From NCBI RefSeq assembly GCF_963676685.1, contig NC_092350.1, positions 59,768,001 to 59,832,000 on the forward strand: a stretch of 64,000 nucleotides of DNA, read 5' to 3'. This document shows positions 1 through 11,335 of this stretch, in pieces; position 1 is the first letter of the stretch; each line of letters opens with the position of its first letter. The notes below the pieces were generated by a model that was not told the DNA's origin, did not search any database, and saw nothing but the letters and a program-made list of their open reading frames with translations. Source of the DNA: Mytilus edulis (lineage: Eukaryota). A program made the translations under genes and the position numbers.

Positions 1-47
1 GACATGGACAATATCTAATATTCTAATATTTTCTCTTCTTTTCTAAC

Positions 48-143
48 ATGTTTGACACATTCAGCCACGATATGGTCCAATGCAACTTCGTCTACTCCGC
101 ATCGCCTAGTAATTCCATTTTCAGAACAAAAACGACTTACAGA
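48..143 (-). pseudogene. Exon-sized fragment of a DDE transposase N-terminal HTH region (IS3EU/integrase-core-type)
   Basis: Minus-strand translation SVSRFCSENGITRRCGVDEVALDHIVAECVKH then a GT donor (CAT|GTTAGA). Resembles the recalled motif 'SVRRFC...GI...D..LD..V...V..VG' that precedes the integrase core in such transposases. Upstream it is replaced by AGAT/AGAC low-complexity sequence. Confidence 0.4.
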
Positions 144-240
144 AAGAAAAGACAAAGAAAAACACAAGTCAGATAGATAGACAGATAGCAAGATATATAC
201 AATGAATGACAGATTGATAGATCGAAAGATAGATATAAAC
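144..240. repeat. Degenerate (AGAT/AGAC)n low-complexity tract
   Basis: agatagatagacagatag...agattgatagatcgaaagatagat. Confidence 0.6.
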
Positions 241-368
241 ACGTAGCTACAAAGACAGCTATATACATTGTATATAGATAAAAAGAAAGAATGATTTTTT
301 GTGGTCATTATCGTACTTGTCAGTGTACCATTCTTGTTCGGAATTTGTTGATACCACACATAGTTCAC

Positions 369-573
369 ACACACACACCTTAAAAAGATCTTCAAGACAT
401 ATTTCGCTTAAAACAAGACAAAAAAAAACGGAAATAGTAAAACATTTAATAAAAAGGGACAACAATTTAAACATTTAAAACGCCTACATTGAAACAAATT
501 ACATTTCGTTCCCATTATTAGACATTTTTTTTGTCTTGTTTTAAAGCGAAATATGTCTTGAAGATCTTTTTAA
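369..573. mobile_element. Small palindromic MITE-like element (~60-bp inverted arms); right arm split by the 574-4268 insertion and completed at 4275-4285
   Basis: 369-429 acacacacaccttaaaaagatcttcaagacatatttcgcttaaaacaagacaaaaaaaaa is the reverse complement of ~525-573 joined to ggtgtgtgtgt (4275-4285). Confidence 0.75.
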
Positions 574-610
574 TACGGAAGCCGATAAGGGCCATTCAAA
601 AAAAAAAATT

Positions 611-822
611 ATGTCGTTATAACGACATCGCTATGTCGTAATTTCGACATAATATGTCGTTATAACGACATCGCTATGTCGTAATTTCGACATAACATGT
701 CGTTATAACGACATCGCTATGTCATAATTTCGACATAATATGTCGTTATAACGACATCGCTTTGTCGTAATTTCGACATAACTTGTCGTAATAACGACAT
801 AGCTATGTCGTAATAACGACAT
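611..822. repeat. Subterminal tandem array of 18-bp palindromes (43-bp dimer unit x5), left TIR
   Basis: ATGTCGTTATAACGACAT-cgct-ATGTCGTAATTTCGACAT-aay starting at 611, 654, 697, 740, 783. Confidence 0.95.
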
Positions 823-3800
823 CAATATATATTAAAGAATATGTATTATGATTGCCAAGACACTAAATGACACAGAAATTAACAACTATAGGTCATATCA
901 TAATGCCCCCAATAACTAGAAAAGCCCCCGCATAATCAGCTATAAAAGAGGGACGAAAGATACCAGAGGGAGAGCCCCCGAAATGCTGTGTGGCAGACAG
1001 TGTTATTAATTAATTATTAGCTCCCTTGGTAAAACTCCAAATTTCATATTTAATGTATTTCATTGTTAAATAATTTACATGAAGCTGAATAAGTATATAT
1101 CTGTTAATTGCATAGCTTTTGCTATTTGAATTCATTGATTAAAGATATTTATTTATATTGTAAAGTTTAATATTTGTATCGTCGCAAAATCTTTGGTCAC
1201 CTTCTTTAGTTACCTTCTGTGAGAAACTTATATATTTTATAGATCCTAATCGAAAGTAATAAGAAACCGACCGGGGACTAAGCCGACTGACTTAAAGTCC
1301 TATCAAGGCAAGCAAAGCCTAACACCTTTCTTTAAAGAAGTGCACAACTCCGTGGTTTGTGGTAATGAGGGTGAATGAACGTATCGATTGCTGTGTATTT
1401 ACTGTCAAACGAAGGGCACGATGTTCCTAAAACACGACGTTACACATAAAAAGCGGCGTCGAAGAGGGTTTTTGACTAATTTTTGCGAGTTTTATTCGTT
1501 TTTTTATATGTTGGTTGATTTATTAATTATATTACAAAATTTTTAAAATTTCTGATTCTGGTTCTGTTCGTTTTGTGATGTCATTTTATCATAAATTACC
1601 TCAAGTTGTGGAAATCTATTTAATAATGTTTACCCTTTAAGTTATTTCAACTAAAAATGCATTACTGTCGCAAGTAATGTGGGAAAGAAAGATGGGACAG
1701 AAGTAGATATAGGCAGATGTGGTACAGTTTTCCGTAAAAAAGATATTTTTTCTTAGATGTACGAAACTTTTATCATATGATGTTTAACTTTTAAGGTGCA
1801 TATCATCTGTCATTGTAAAATTTCTAAATCTTAACTCAACCCCAATACAAATATATCTGACACTCTGCAAGTAAATCGAACATTTTTACCCTTGGTTAAA
1901 TTTGAATAGAATTGTATTTTCCCGTGTACATAAGTTGTCGAAATACACCCCTTCAATTACTTGAACCTTGGCTTGAGAATTATTTCCGCAAGTCATCTAT
2001 AGTGTTTAATTTCTGATATACATTTTGAAATATAGTAATCTACTCCTGGATCGTCCGCGAAAACGGCTTAAATAATCCCGGGTTTTTAAAATTCGATGAA
2101 ACGGTTTTCGTCGCTGTTTGGGATATGTCTTTCAATTACTAGTACCTCCATTTCATGCACAAGTTTATATTGACGAAAAGTTCCGGCTTCGCTAGTACAG
2201 GAATTAATTTCATCACGACAGTTATAACATGAATAGCAGGACAAATCGCGAAGTAAAACACTCCGTGAACTGGTATAAGTCTTTTAATATTGGTGATTGC
2301 ACCTTACTGAAATGACGACTTTAAATGATCTATGGAGTACTTCCACAATATAAATTTCAATTCGAATTTTACATTTAGAGGATTGTCTTGGTGTCTAAAA
2401 ATTGTCTTTGCAAAAGTTGGACGAAGTTCATGTAATGAGATGTTTTTCCCCATTTCACCATTCTTCTTTAAAATAAATCGTTAAAAGCTATAAACGATTA
2501 ATAAAAATTGCAAAATTTAACCTGTGTCGAACCTATGTCCCCGGGTGGAGTCTATAGCAACATGCGCTATTCTTTTTTTTCGGCAGCAATCATCAACCTG
2601 TTTTTCCAAATTTCACAACACGATTTGTTTTAATTATCATGAACATTTAATTGAAACTTAAGCACATGTAACGACGGAAATTAGCGTCTTTCGAACTTTC
2701 GACGTTTGGACAAATTGGCTACTGTTTTGTAATGTGTGGAAGCATTTTATTCCTTTAAGACCCAGACATGTAGTTAATAAGAAAAGAATCTTGTCATTTT
2801 TTACTCTTCGTGTATCTAACTTTTGTTTTGATTAATTATAAAAAATACGCGTTAACTGCTTTGAAAAATGAAATATCAACTTGGACAAAATGGCTACCGT
2901 TTGAAAAACGACTGTGTAGAGAAGATTTTATTGAATCAGCAATATTTGAACTCACGAACAATGAGGCAAATATTTGTACTTTTGTTAGATATTATTATTG
3001 TCTTACTATTTTTATTCATTTTCTGCTACTTACAAAATTCACTTTCAGTCGTTGAGATAACGAAAAACGTCGTTGGACATTTTTCTTATTCCCGCTTAAT
3101 ATAAAGCCACCGAGTCAAATAAAATTTGGCAAAAATAACGTCTTTAACGCCACAAAGAACCGACATCTGTCGTTGTTCCTGCCAAGTATCAAGAAGATCA
3201 GAGAATAAGAAATAGGATCACTATACATAAGATTTAAAACAGTTTTTCATAAATGTAACGTTGGACATCCGGTTTTTTTCACATAGCTTTGCTAATATAA
3301 TCATCAAATATACTAGATATTACTTAGTATATGATCAAGAGCTGTAAAAACATAATTTGAAACATATATTGAATTTGCTTTAATATTGGTTCGTGTTTTC
3401 TAACATTTTTATTTTGTTTTGCGGATGAAATTTCGAAGATTCTGTTTTAAATACTAGAGGTTGTAGAAACATCGTGTCCAACGTTTGTAAGTAGAAAGAG
3501 AGCAATCAATATATTTCAATTCACCCTTATTACACGAAGGCATATAGTTGGGCGCTGGTTTATAGGTCGGATGTATGTCAGTCCTCATATAATTCCTCAC
3601 ATATTAGTTCAAACAAGTAGAGAGTTTATCACACTAAGTCAGTATCTCCTTAATTAGGATCTATAAATTATATAAGTTTCTCACAGAAGGTAACCAAAGA
3701 AGGTGACCAAAGATTTTGCAACAATACAAATATTAAACTTTACAATATGAATAAATATCTTTAATCAATGAATTCAAATAGCAAAAGATATGCAAATAAC

Positions 3801-4083
3801 AAATATATACTTATTAAGCATCATGTAAATTAATCAACAATGAAATACTTTAAATATGAAATTTGGAGTTTTACCAAGGGAGCTAATAATTAATTAATGT
3901 TAACACTGTCTGCCACACAGCATTTCGGGGCCTCTCCCTCTGGTATCTTTCGTCCCTCTTTTATAGCTGACTATGCGGGGGCTTTTCTAATTATTGGGGG
4001 CATTATGATAACATATAGTTGTTAATTTCTGTGTCATTTAGTCTCTTGGCAATGATAATACATATTCTTTAATATATATAGTG

Positions 4084-4230
4084 ATGTCGTTATTACGACA
4101 TAGCTATGTCGTTAAAACGACATAGTGATGTCGTAATAACGACATGTTATGTCGAAATTACGACATAGCGATGTCGTTATAACGACATGTTATGTCGAAA
4201 TTACGACATGCTATGTCGTAATTACGACAT
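4084..4230. repeat. Subterminal array of seven 18-bp palindromes, right TIR
   Basis: ATGTCG-N6-CGACAT at 4084, 4106, 4128, 4149, 4171, 4192, 4213. Confidence 0.95.
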
Positions 4231-4626
4231 AATTTATTTTTTTTTAATGGCCCTTATCGGCTTCCGTATTTTAAGGTGTGTGTGTAAGAATATATAATAA
4301 TTATGTGAATAGTATTTCAACAAACATGAAACAGTTCCCCCGAGGTTCTGTATTATGTACATTCTATTATCATGTCTTTATAGGACAAATATGTCGACAC
4401 AAAAAAGGGGTCTCAGTCAGTGACAATCTTCTTTTGAAATACAAAAAGGAAAAAATAACAGATCGACACAGATCGACACAAATGATCGAATTTCAAATAT
4501 GCATCATGTACATGGAACAAATACTAGTAGTTACATTTATCAAGCAAAGCAATCAACGTGTGTGAAGCTAGAGTTGGTAAAGCATTAGCGATAGTTAACC
4601 CTCGCTTCCATCATTTACGACAGCAG

Positions 4627-4750
4627 CAGTGGTTGATCCAGAACTTTTCATAAGGGGTGGCACTGACTGACCTTAAGGGGGTCCAGTCATGCTTTGGCGA
4701 TTTCCTATATAATCAACCAAATTTTCCCCACAAAAGGGTGGGGGAACCAA
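4627..4750 (+). mobile_element. Decayed MITE of the CAGTGGCGGATCC-terminus (hAT-like) type
   Basis: cagtggttgatccagaac...; related termini at 13042 and 29675. Confidence 0.55.
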
Positions 4751-5059
4751 CGGAAATACATAGTGTTTCAACTTCTGCAATGATGACAGCGTATAATGCA
4801 CATGGTCGACGCTTCCACAAAGCCAAAGTAAGGGACAACATCAAAAGTTCAATGTAGGATAATAAAAAAATACTTAATTTACATAGTTTTTTCACTGATT
4901 CCTTATTCTTAACTTAATTTGTGAAATATTGATTGTAAAAAACGGACATATGTAAAATCGATTTTGGATAAACAAAACTCGCAGCAATTTCACACCCCTC
5001 CCCCTCTATCAGAAACATCGAGCACGCTTGTATCTGTACTATATGTTTATATAGTATAT

Positions 5060-5695
5060 CGTTGTCCGTCCGTCGTCCACACTTCGGACAATTAATAAAA
5101 AACGCTTCCACCAACTTTTATGGAACTTTATCGAATTGTTTATATCTATTGACGTAAGCTCCCTTTCGATTTTTATAAAATTCAAATTTTTCGTTTCCAT
5201 GTTATGATTTTTTTTTCCTTAAAAAGGGGGGGGAGTTTTCCAGTTTTCGGAGACTAATTCTAAAATGCTTCCATCAACTTAATGAGACTTTGGTGAATTG
5301 TTTAAATCTATTGACGTATGCTCTGATTTTTACAAATTTCAGATTTTACGTTTACGTGTCATGAATTTTTATGCTTAAAAAGGATTTTCCAGTTTTCGGA
5401 CAATCACTCATAAACACTTAAACAAAATTTTATGACAGTTTAGTGAACTGTTTAAATCTGTTGACTTAAGCTACCTTTCAATTTTTTTTTAAATTTCAGA
5501 TTTTACTTTTTTTTAGTTATGAATTTTTATATTGAAAAAAGGGGATTTTTTCCAGTTTTTTGGACAATAACTCAAATACGCTTTTACCAACTTTTATGAA
5601 ACATTTACATTTTTGGAGTTATGGAGTTTTTATTCATAAAAAAAATGAGGTTATTTTCCAGTTTTTCGGATAATAAATCACAAATGCTTTCAGCA
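5060..5695 (+). mobile_element. Helentron/DINE-like non-autonomous element remnant with internal tandem repeats (mostly ~150-165 bp)
   Basis: gtccgtccgtcgtcc microsatellite followed by units anchored on tt(c/t)gga(c/g/t)a at ~5083, 5246, 5395, 5560, 5665, most with shared 'gaattgtttaaatctattgacgta...ttcagatttt' blocks. Confidence 0.65.
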
Positions 5696-5817
5696 TTAAA
5701 TGATTAGACTATGGTGACTAGTTAATATATCTAATAATTAAACTAAGTACCCTTTTGATTTTTATATAATTTCTGATTTGATGTTGTACAGTTTTGGGGA
5801 TTTTTTCTTCTGACAAA

Positions 5818-6085
5818 ATGTCGGAAACGGTCAAGGAAATTTTGCATGACGAAATTGAAGAAATGGTGATAGACACAAAAGAGAGTACTGACAGTATAAC
5901 ATGGAAAGACGGAACAAGAATTGTGGAGCTTTTAAGTCTGGCACTGAATAACTGCAAAACGCTGCACGGCCCAGCGGAATCTGCTCAGCGTAGAGAAAGA
6001 AATATTTCAAGGAATTGGGATCTATCTTACTATTCGTTGCTTAAACTGTAACATGCTGAAAAACAAAATTCGGAACAAAACGACC
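5818..6085 (+). pseudogene. Frameshifted N-terminal Cys4 region of a Kolobok/Mutator-like transposase
   Basis: Removing one A at 5956-5959 gives ...TWKDGTRIVELLSLALNNCKRCTAQRNLLSVEKEIFQGIGIYLTIRCLNCNMLKN, matching the recalled W.xGRRIVEL..LA..L..CxxC...E...G....L.I.CxxC...N pattern. Confidence 0.65.
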
Positions 6086-8291
6086 TGCAATAGCTAATTA
6101 TGAGTATTGGTAGCTGCTTAACGTACAGCGGCAAATATTTTTTGCACATTTATGACATCCAAATGTTATTTTAATGAAACTTAAAGAAATGAGAAAACGT
6201 ATGAACCCGTAATTAATGAGAAAAATTTAACAAAATCTATGGCGCGTAGGGTAGCCGAATCTGGTCTGGTGTTGAAATCCATACACAAAAGTCATTACTA
6301 CGGCGTGTTGTACAGCTGTGCAATATTTTTCATGACGAGAACAGTTATTTTCATTTATTGATAATGAATTCGAAGTAAATAATACTATCTTGAATTCTTT
6401 TCTTGTTCAGCATTTGGCAGTCTCCAAATTTTACGGAGAATTGTCGTTGTAAGGCCAAATTTAACATACTATCAATGAAATAACAAAACCGACTGCATGT
6501 GCGAGACCCTCATTGGTGCACAAGGTCGTATAACACCTCTATTCGTAAATAGAATAATAAGTAAAGAGAGTGTCTCATCCTATTCTGGACTTAAAATTGG
6601 TACATAAAAAAGCCGATTTTAATTGATATTTTAAAAACATATAATATTGTATGTGTATGAAGAAAAACTGTCAATAAAAATCCGTTAAAAAGATTTCTTA
6701 AAAATATATCGGTGTCGTTTTTGGTTTGAATTTAAGCAAATTATTACCAATAGATGCAGCATTGTCACACGTTAGTTTGTTTAATTGGTTGTACATGTAT
6801 TCTTTTTGTATATGAAACTGGATGTAATAGACCAAAACAAGAAAACGCCTTGTACATGTATTCTTATTTGTGTAAGCATGTCCCTATTGTACATTTTTTA
6901 CTTCAATGTATTGAGAGATAAAAATTGAAGTATCGGCAAATGTACACTAACTGCAGACAGACAGATCAGAAAGTGTACACACGTTAAAACTCGTCGTATA
7001 GTTAGACGATCAGACAGACGAACAAAGTGTTTTCAATATAGCTCTTCTTCTAGACAAACAAGTATGCAAATATTCATACGTATACGCCGTAAAAAAAATG
7101 TTATGTAACTTATCTATTGATAAAGACATCGTTCACTATCATTCTCTTATACCGGCTGCAGTACTTCCTATGAAATATTATATTACACCTTCATTTTCAG
7201 TCGATTGATGCAATAATGGCATGAGTTAAATTGCACAAAACAGCTCTTATTATAAAACAAGAAGTACTGCTCATAATTTAAATTTGAAAGATAATTATCT
7301 TTTAAGTGTAAAAAAAAATAAAATCAAAGTACGTCGGGACCTTTTAAAGTTGACGATACGGTATCGGTTTTGTCATTGTTGACGGTTATATGGTATGATC
7401 GTCTCACTTAATTTATAGTTGGTTCACATTTTGTCATGTCAATAATGTTGTCTATCATCCTACAGTACATCAAGCAATTTAGAACTAATGTCGGACGGAG
7501 ATGCACCTTTATACTTCTAGCAGATCTACATCTGTAAAAGCAATCTGCTAGAATCCTTCATTTATATTAAGTATCAACGCTTTGAAAAGCACCTGCATAA
7601 ACTTGACAGCGAACTCGTGTACGGCGGGAATGATTACACGACGTTGTTGCGATTAAAACTTAATTTAACGTAATTTAGCGCCATACTGACAGACGTCGTA
7701 AAAAATAAAGATGTATGGCTTTTATTGAAAAAACAAGCACATGGACCCCAATTGTTTTCTTTTGCAATCAATCAAGTACTGTTTCAAGAACACTCCACCA
7801 AAATTTCAGGAAAAAAACAACGATCAAATTATTTCTGCACTTCCGAAAAGACGCAAAAGTATGGTCAATTTTTTATTTCGGATATAGCAATCTAAATCTG
7901 GAACATGATGATTTGGTTTAACCTTAAACTTGTTTCAGTATGTTGATGTCATGCATCAAGGGAATATTTTACAAAAACCCGGTTAAGTTATGACTTTTCG
8001 TTCAAAAGTATTGTTACTTTCTTTAAAAGTCATAATGTATTAAATTTCAGGGATTTTCTTCCAAATATGCAAATTTCGAACCAAGTTATCTCTAAAAGTA
8101 GGTCATGAAGGTACTTTTTTTCTTTGCATATTTAAAAAGTACACATTGAAATTGACCTTCTATCAAAATTTTAAGAAAAAATCATCGAGGGATCTCTACT
8201 GTATCGTATGCCCTTAAAGCATAAAGACAAGAGGAGTACCATGCGCTTACAGCGGAGCTCTTTATTTATTTATTTTGAAAAGTCTTTTCAA

Positions 8292-8630
8292 AAGAGGGAC
8301 GAAAGATACCAAAGGGACAGTAAAACTCATAAATCTAAAATAAACTGACAACGCCATGGCTAAAAATGAAGAAAACAAACAAACAAACAATAGTACACAT
8401 GGCACAACATAGAAAACTAAAGAATAAACCCCACGAACCCCACCAAAAACTAGGGTTGATCTCAGTTTCTTCGAAAGGGAAAGCAGATCCTACTTCACAT
8501 GTGGCTACCGTCGTGTTGCCAATGTGATAACAAATCCGGTAAATAGTCTAATTCGGTAGGTCACATTCATGAAAGAGAAGGGGATTGTAGTTACGACGTA
8601 AGGAACATATCTGATATCATTTGTGAAACG
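8292..8630 (-). mobile_element. 3' end of Penelope-like retroelement family (same family as 31230-31921)
   Basis: Reverse complement matches the non-coding tail at 31600-31921, 40540-40858 and 62095-62326 (…ggtatctttcgtccctctt end). Confidence 0.75.
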
Positions 8631-9375
8631 ATTCAACTGTTTTTATAATATGCTTTTTATCACTGTTCAATGTTAAGGGGATGGTTGTGCACATAAAACG
8701 AGTTTAATCACTAAGAGTCCTATATATGCGCCGTAAAACTAATTTTTCTCGAATGAATTGAATTGTTTTTAAATTTGTCTTTTTTGATTCTCTTATAGAT
8801 TGTTGTGCGGTAATGGTTTTCATCAATGTTGAAGACTGTACTATGAATTATACTTGTTCACTTCATCTTCATTTAATGTCTGGTGGAAAAAATTGTTTCT
8901 TTCGCAATCATACCACATCTTTTTTTTTGTGAAATTATGAATAAAACAAAGTTTATCACTAGTATTCGTCAGTTCAGTTACAGAGCATTCCATTCACGAA
9001 TTGAGTAAATGAATACATGGAGAGCGCAGCGTTATTTATCTTCATGTGCCATACATGCTATACATGTATGAAGTTTTATAAATGTACATGTATCAATTGG
9101 TGATGTTTTTTGCACTTGCTACCTGGGAAACTAAGAAAAAAAAAGATAGCACAGTTTCTTCGGTATTGATTATGTTTATTCATTACGTTACGACCAATAA
9201 CAATAATAACAACAGTTGAAATTACTGAACAATAGTGATATATATTTCACGATTATTAAAAAATGTATTCTGACACGATGAAAACAGGAAACGTACGGTA
9301 TCAACAATTCAAGACAAGAACCAGTTGCTCATTTTGATCAGTAGGAAAGGTAGAGAAACAAGGAGCATGTTTTAT

Positions 9376-10020
9376 GCCCAAGTCACACTAGAACACTATT
9401 GCACCACGCTCACCGCGATCTAAAAGGTGAGGTCCCGGTACGAGCAGGATGAAAGTTTGGATTTTCATTGTTTTCACGATGCTACTACGATCCCGCTACG
9501 GGTCACGTTCTCATCACGCCTATTCTGAGTCTTCAATACGATAATCACGATTTATTACGCTAATCACGTTTTCATAACGACAATACATGCACGATTTATT
9601 CGATTGCAACACGATCTTAACACACCTTTTCTGCGATTATAGACCGCTCTTACATCGACCGGTCTAAGTCCTTTCCACTTTCAAAACGTAATCTGACTAC
9701 GCTCTCGTCATTATCATCAACATCATATTGCATATACATACTGTTTATAAATACTGTTCCCTTTAATTCTTCTAATTGTCATTTAAAATACGTAGAATTC
9801 TCGCAAACAACACAGATATACCACCAAAATATACCAGAACTAGTGGGCGTGATGGTAGAGATAGAGGTAGAATCAGAGGAGCCTCTGATACGAATTCTGA
9901 TCCAGTAGACATATACACATGTCAGATTAACCAATCCAACCTGAGTCACAACGCGATGCTGATCCATCGAGATCAAATGACGATATTTTATTGAACAATA
10001 GAGGAAATGATATAGATGTG
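9376..10020 (+). mobile_element. Truncated PIF/Harbinger-like deletion derivative (same family as 27988-29340)
   Basis: gcccaagtcacactagaacactattgcaccacgctcaccgcgatctaaaa matches the reverse complement of 29290-29340; many cacgat/tacgat subterminal motifs; retains a PPKYTRTSGRDGRDRGR ORF-start remnant homologous to ~28820-28990. Confidence 0.7.
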
Positions 10021-10250
10021 TCAAGCATGGTTGTGCTTATCAAACCTTGACCAACGTTAAGTTTTTGATATTTGGTCTTTTTTCTAACACTATATGCAAT
10101 ATGTAATCTTTGTTTGGTGTATGGAAATATTTAATGATGTGCATGTCAGTCTGGCAGGTTTTATTTGGCCTTGACCTCATTTTCACTGTTCATTGCACAG
10201 TATTCAGTTTTTTAGTTTTGTTCTGATTTTCTTAAACTATAAGAAATAGG
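10021..10250 (+). mobile_element. 5' part of Helentron/DINE-like host element interrupted by the 11.6 kb insertion
   Basis: Units with ccttgacc...tttggtgtatggaa...tggcagg; the unit breaks at aagaaatagg and resumes as taggttaac at 21887. Confidence 0.7.
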
Positions 10251-10667
10251 AACTGAGAGCAGAATAAAAAAGGAAAAAACCAATTTTCCTCTTTTTTCAC
10301 TCTTAATTCTGACAAGTGCAATTAGAGGCCAAGTTCGGACCAGAACGTAATAAATTTATTCTATAACCCATGTATTAGAGAAAAAATCATGAAAAACAAA
10401 GACAATTCTGTTATATTAGTATTTATTTGTTACATTTCAAAATAAATTTATACTGAAATCTACACTTAGCTGTCCATTTTCAGTCAACTCTCTGTAAAGG
10501 ATTCAACATAGAATAAATTTATTCTAAATGCATGGTGCTTTCGGTATATGATCATTTATAAAATAAATTTATTTTATAGAGCCATAATATCTATTATTAG
10601 TTCGAGAAAATCATAGAATAAATTTATTATACATTCAATGTCATTTATGATTATAACAATATTTAAA

Positions 10668-11335
10668 ATAAATTTATTTTGAAAGTCCAATAATCTGTAT
10701 GGTGAGGCTGTGACACAGAATAAATTAATTCTATTTGAATGCGATTTCGGATTATAATAAAATATAAAATAAATTTATTTTGACGTAAAGTTATCTGTAT
10801 GGTGAGGCTATGACACAGAATAAATTTATTCTATTTGAATGCGATTTCGGATTATAATAAAATATAAAATAAATTTATTTTGAAGTAAAGTAATCTGTAT
10901 GGTGAGGCTGTGACACAGAATAAATTAATTCTAGTTTCAATGCGATTTCGGATTATAATAAAATGTAAAATAAATTTATTTTGAGTTAAGTTATCTGTAT
11001 GGTGAGGCTGTGACACAGAATAAATTAATTCTATTTGAATGCGATTTCGGATTATAATAAAATATAGAATAAATTTATTTTGACGTAAAGTTATCTGTAT
11101 GGTGAGGCTATGACACAGAATAAATTTATTCTATTTGAATGCGATTTCGGATTATAATAAAATATTAAATAAATTTATTTTGAAGTAAAGTAATCTGTAT
11201 GGTGAGGCTGTGACACAGAATAAATTAATTCTAGTTTCAATGCGATTTCGGATTATAATAAAATATAAAATAAATTTATTTTGAGTTAAGTTATCTGTAT
11301 GGTGAGGCTGAGACACAGAATAAATTTATTCTACA
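10668..11335. repeat. 100-bp minisatellite (7 units, 300-bp higher-order repeat) in the left TIR
   Basis: ggtgaggct at 10701, 10801 ... 11301; variants tgacgtaaag / tgaagtaaag / ttgagttaag recur every 300 bp; two AATAAATTTATT palindromes per unit. Confidence 0.95.

Larger units (their letters stand above)
574..4268. mobile_element. Non-autonomous foldback DNA transposon with ~620-680 bp TIRs; IS3EU-like termini and 6-bp TSD
   Basis: Ends TACGGAAGCCGATAAGGGCCATT / AATGGCCCTTATCGGCTTCCGTA; arms 574-1250 and 3653-4268 (~93% identical by eye); TSD TTTTAA at 568-573 and 4269-4274, with the empty site confirmed by the inverted arm at 369-429. TAY..RTA termini with a 6-bp TSD are the described IS3EU signature. 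No transposase ORF inside. Confidence 0.9.

Noticed and set aside
611-822. CRISPR array
   Set aside because: Spacers are 3-4 bp and repetitive, the array is mirrored in a TIR, the context is eukaryotic and there are no cas genes.
2810-3104. ORFs in the core of the foldback element as a transposase
   Set aside because: Short, non-ATG or low-complexity, with no recognisable motif.
574-4268. Polinton/Maverick (long TIRs, 6-bp TSD)
   Set aside because: Termini are TAC..GTA rather than AG..CT, it is only 3.7 kb, and no polB, integrase or capsid remnants were seen.
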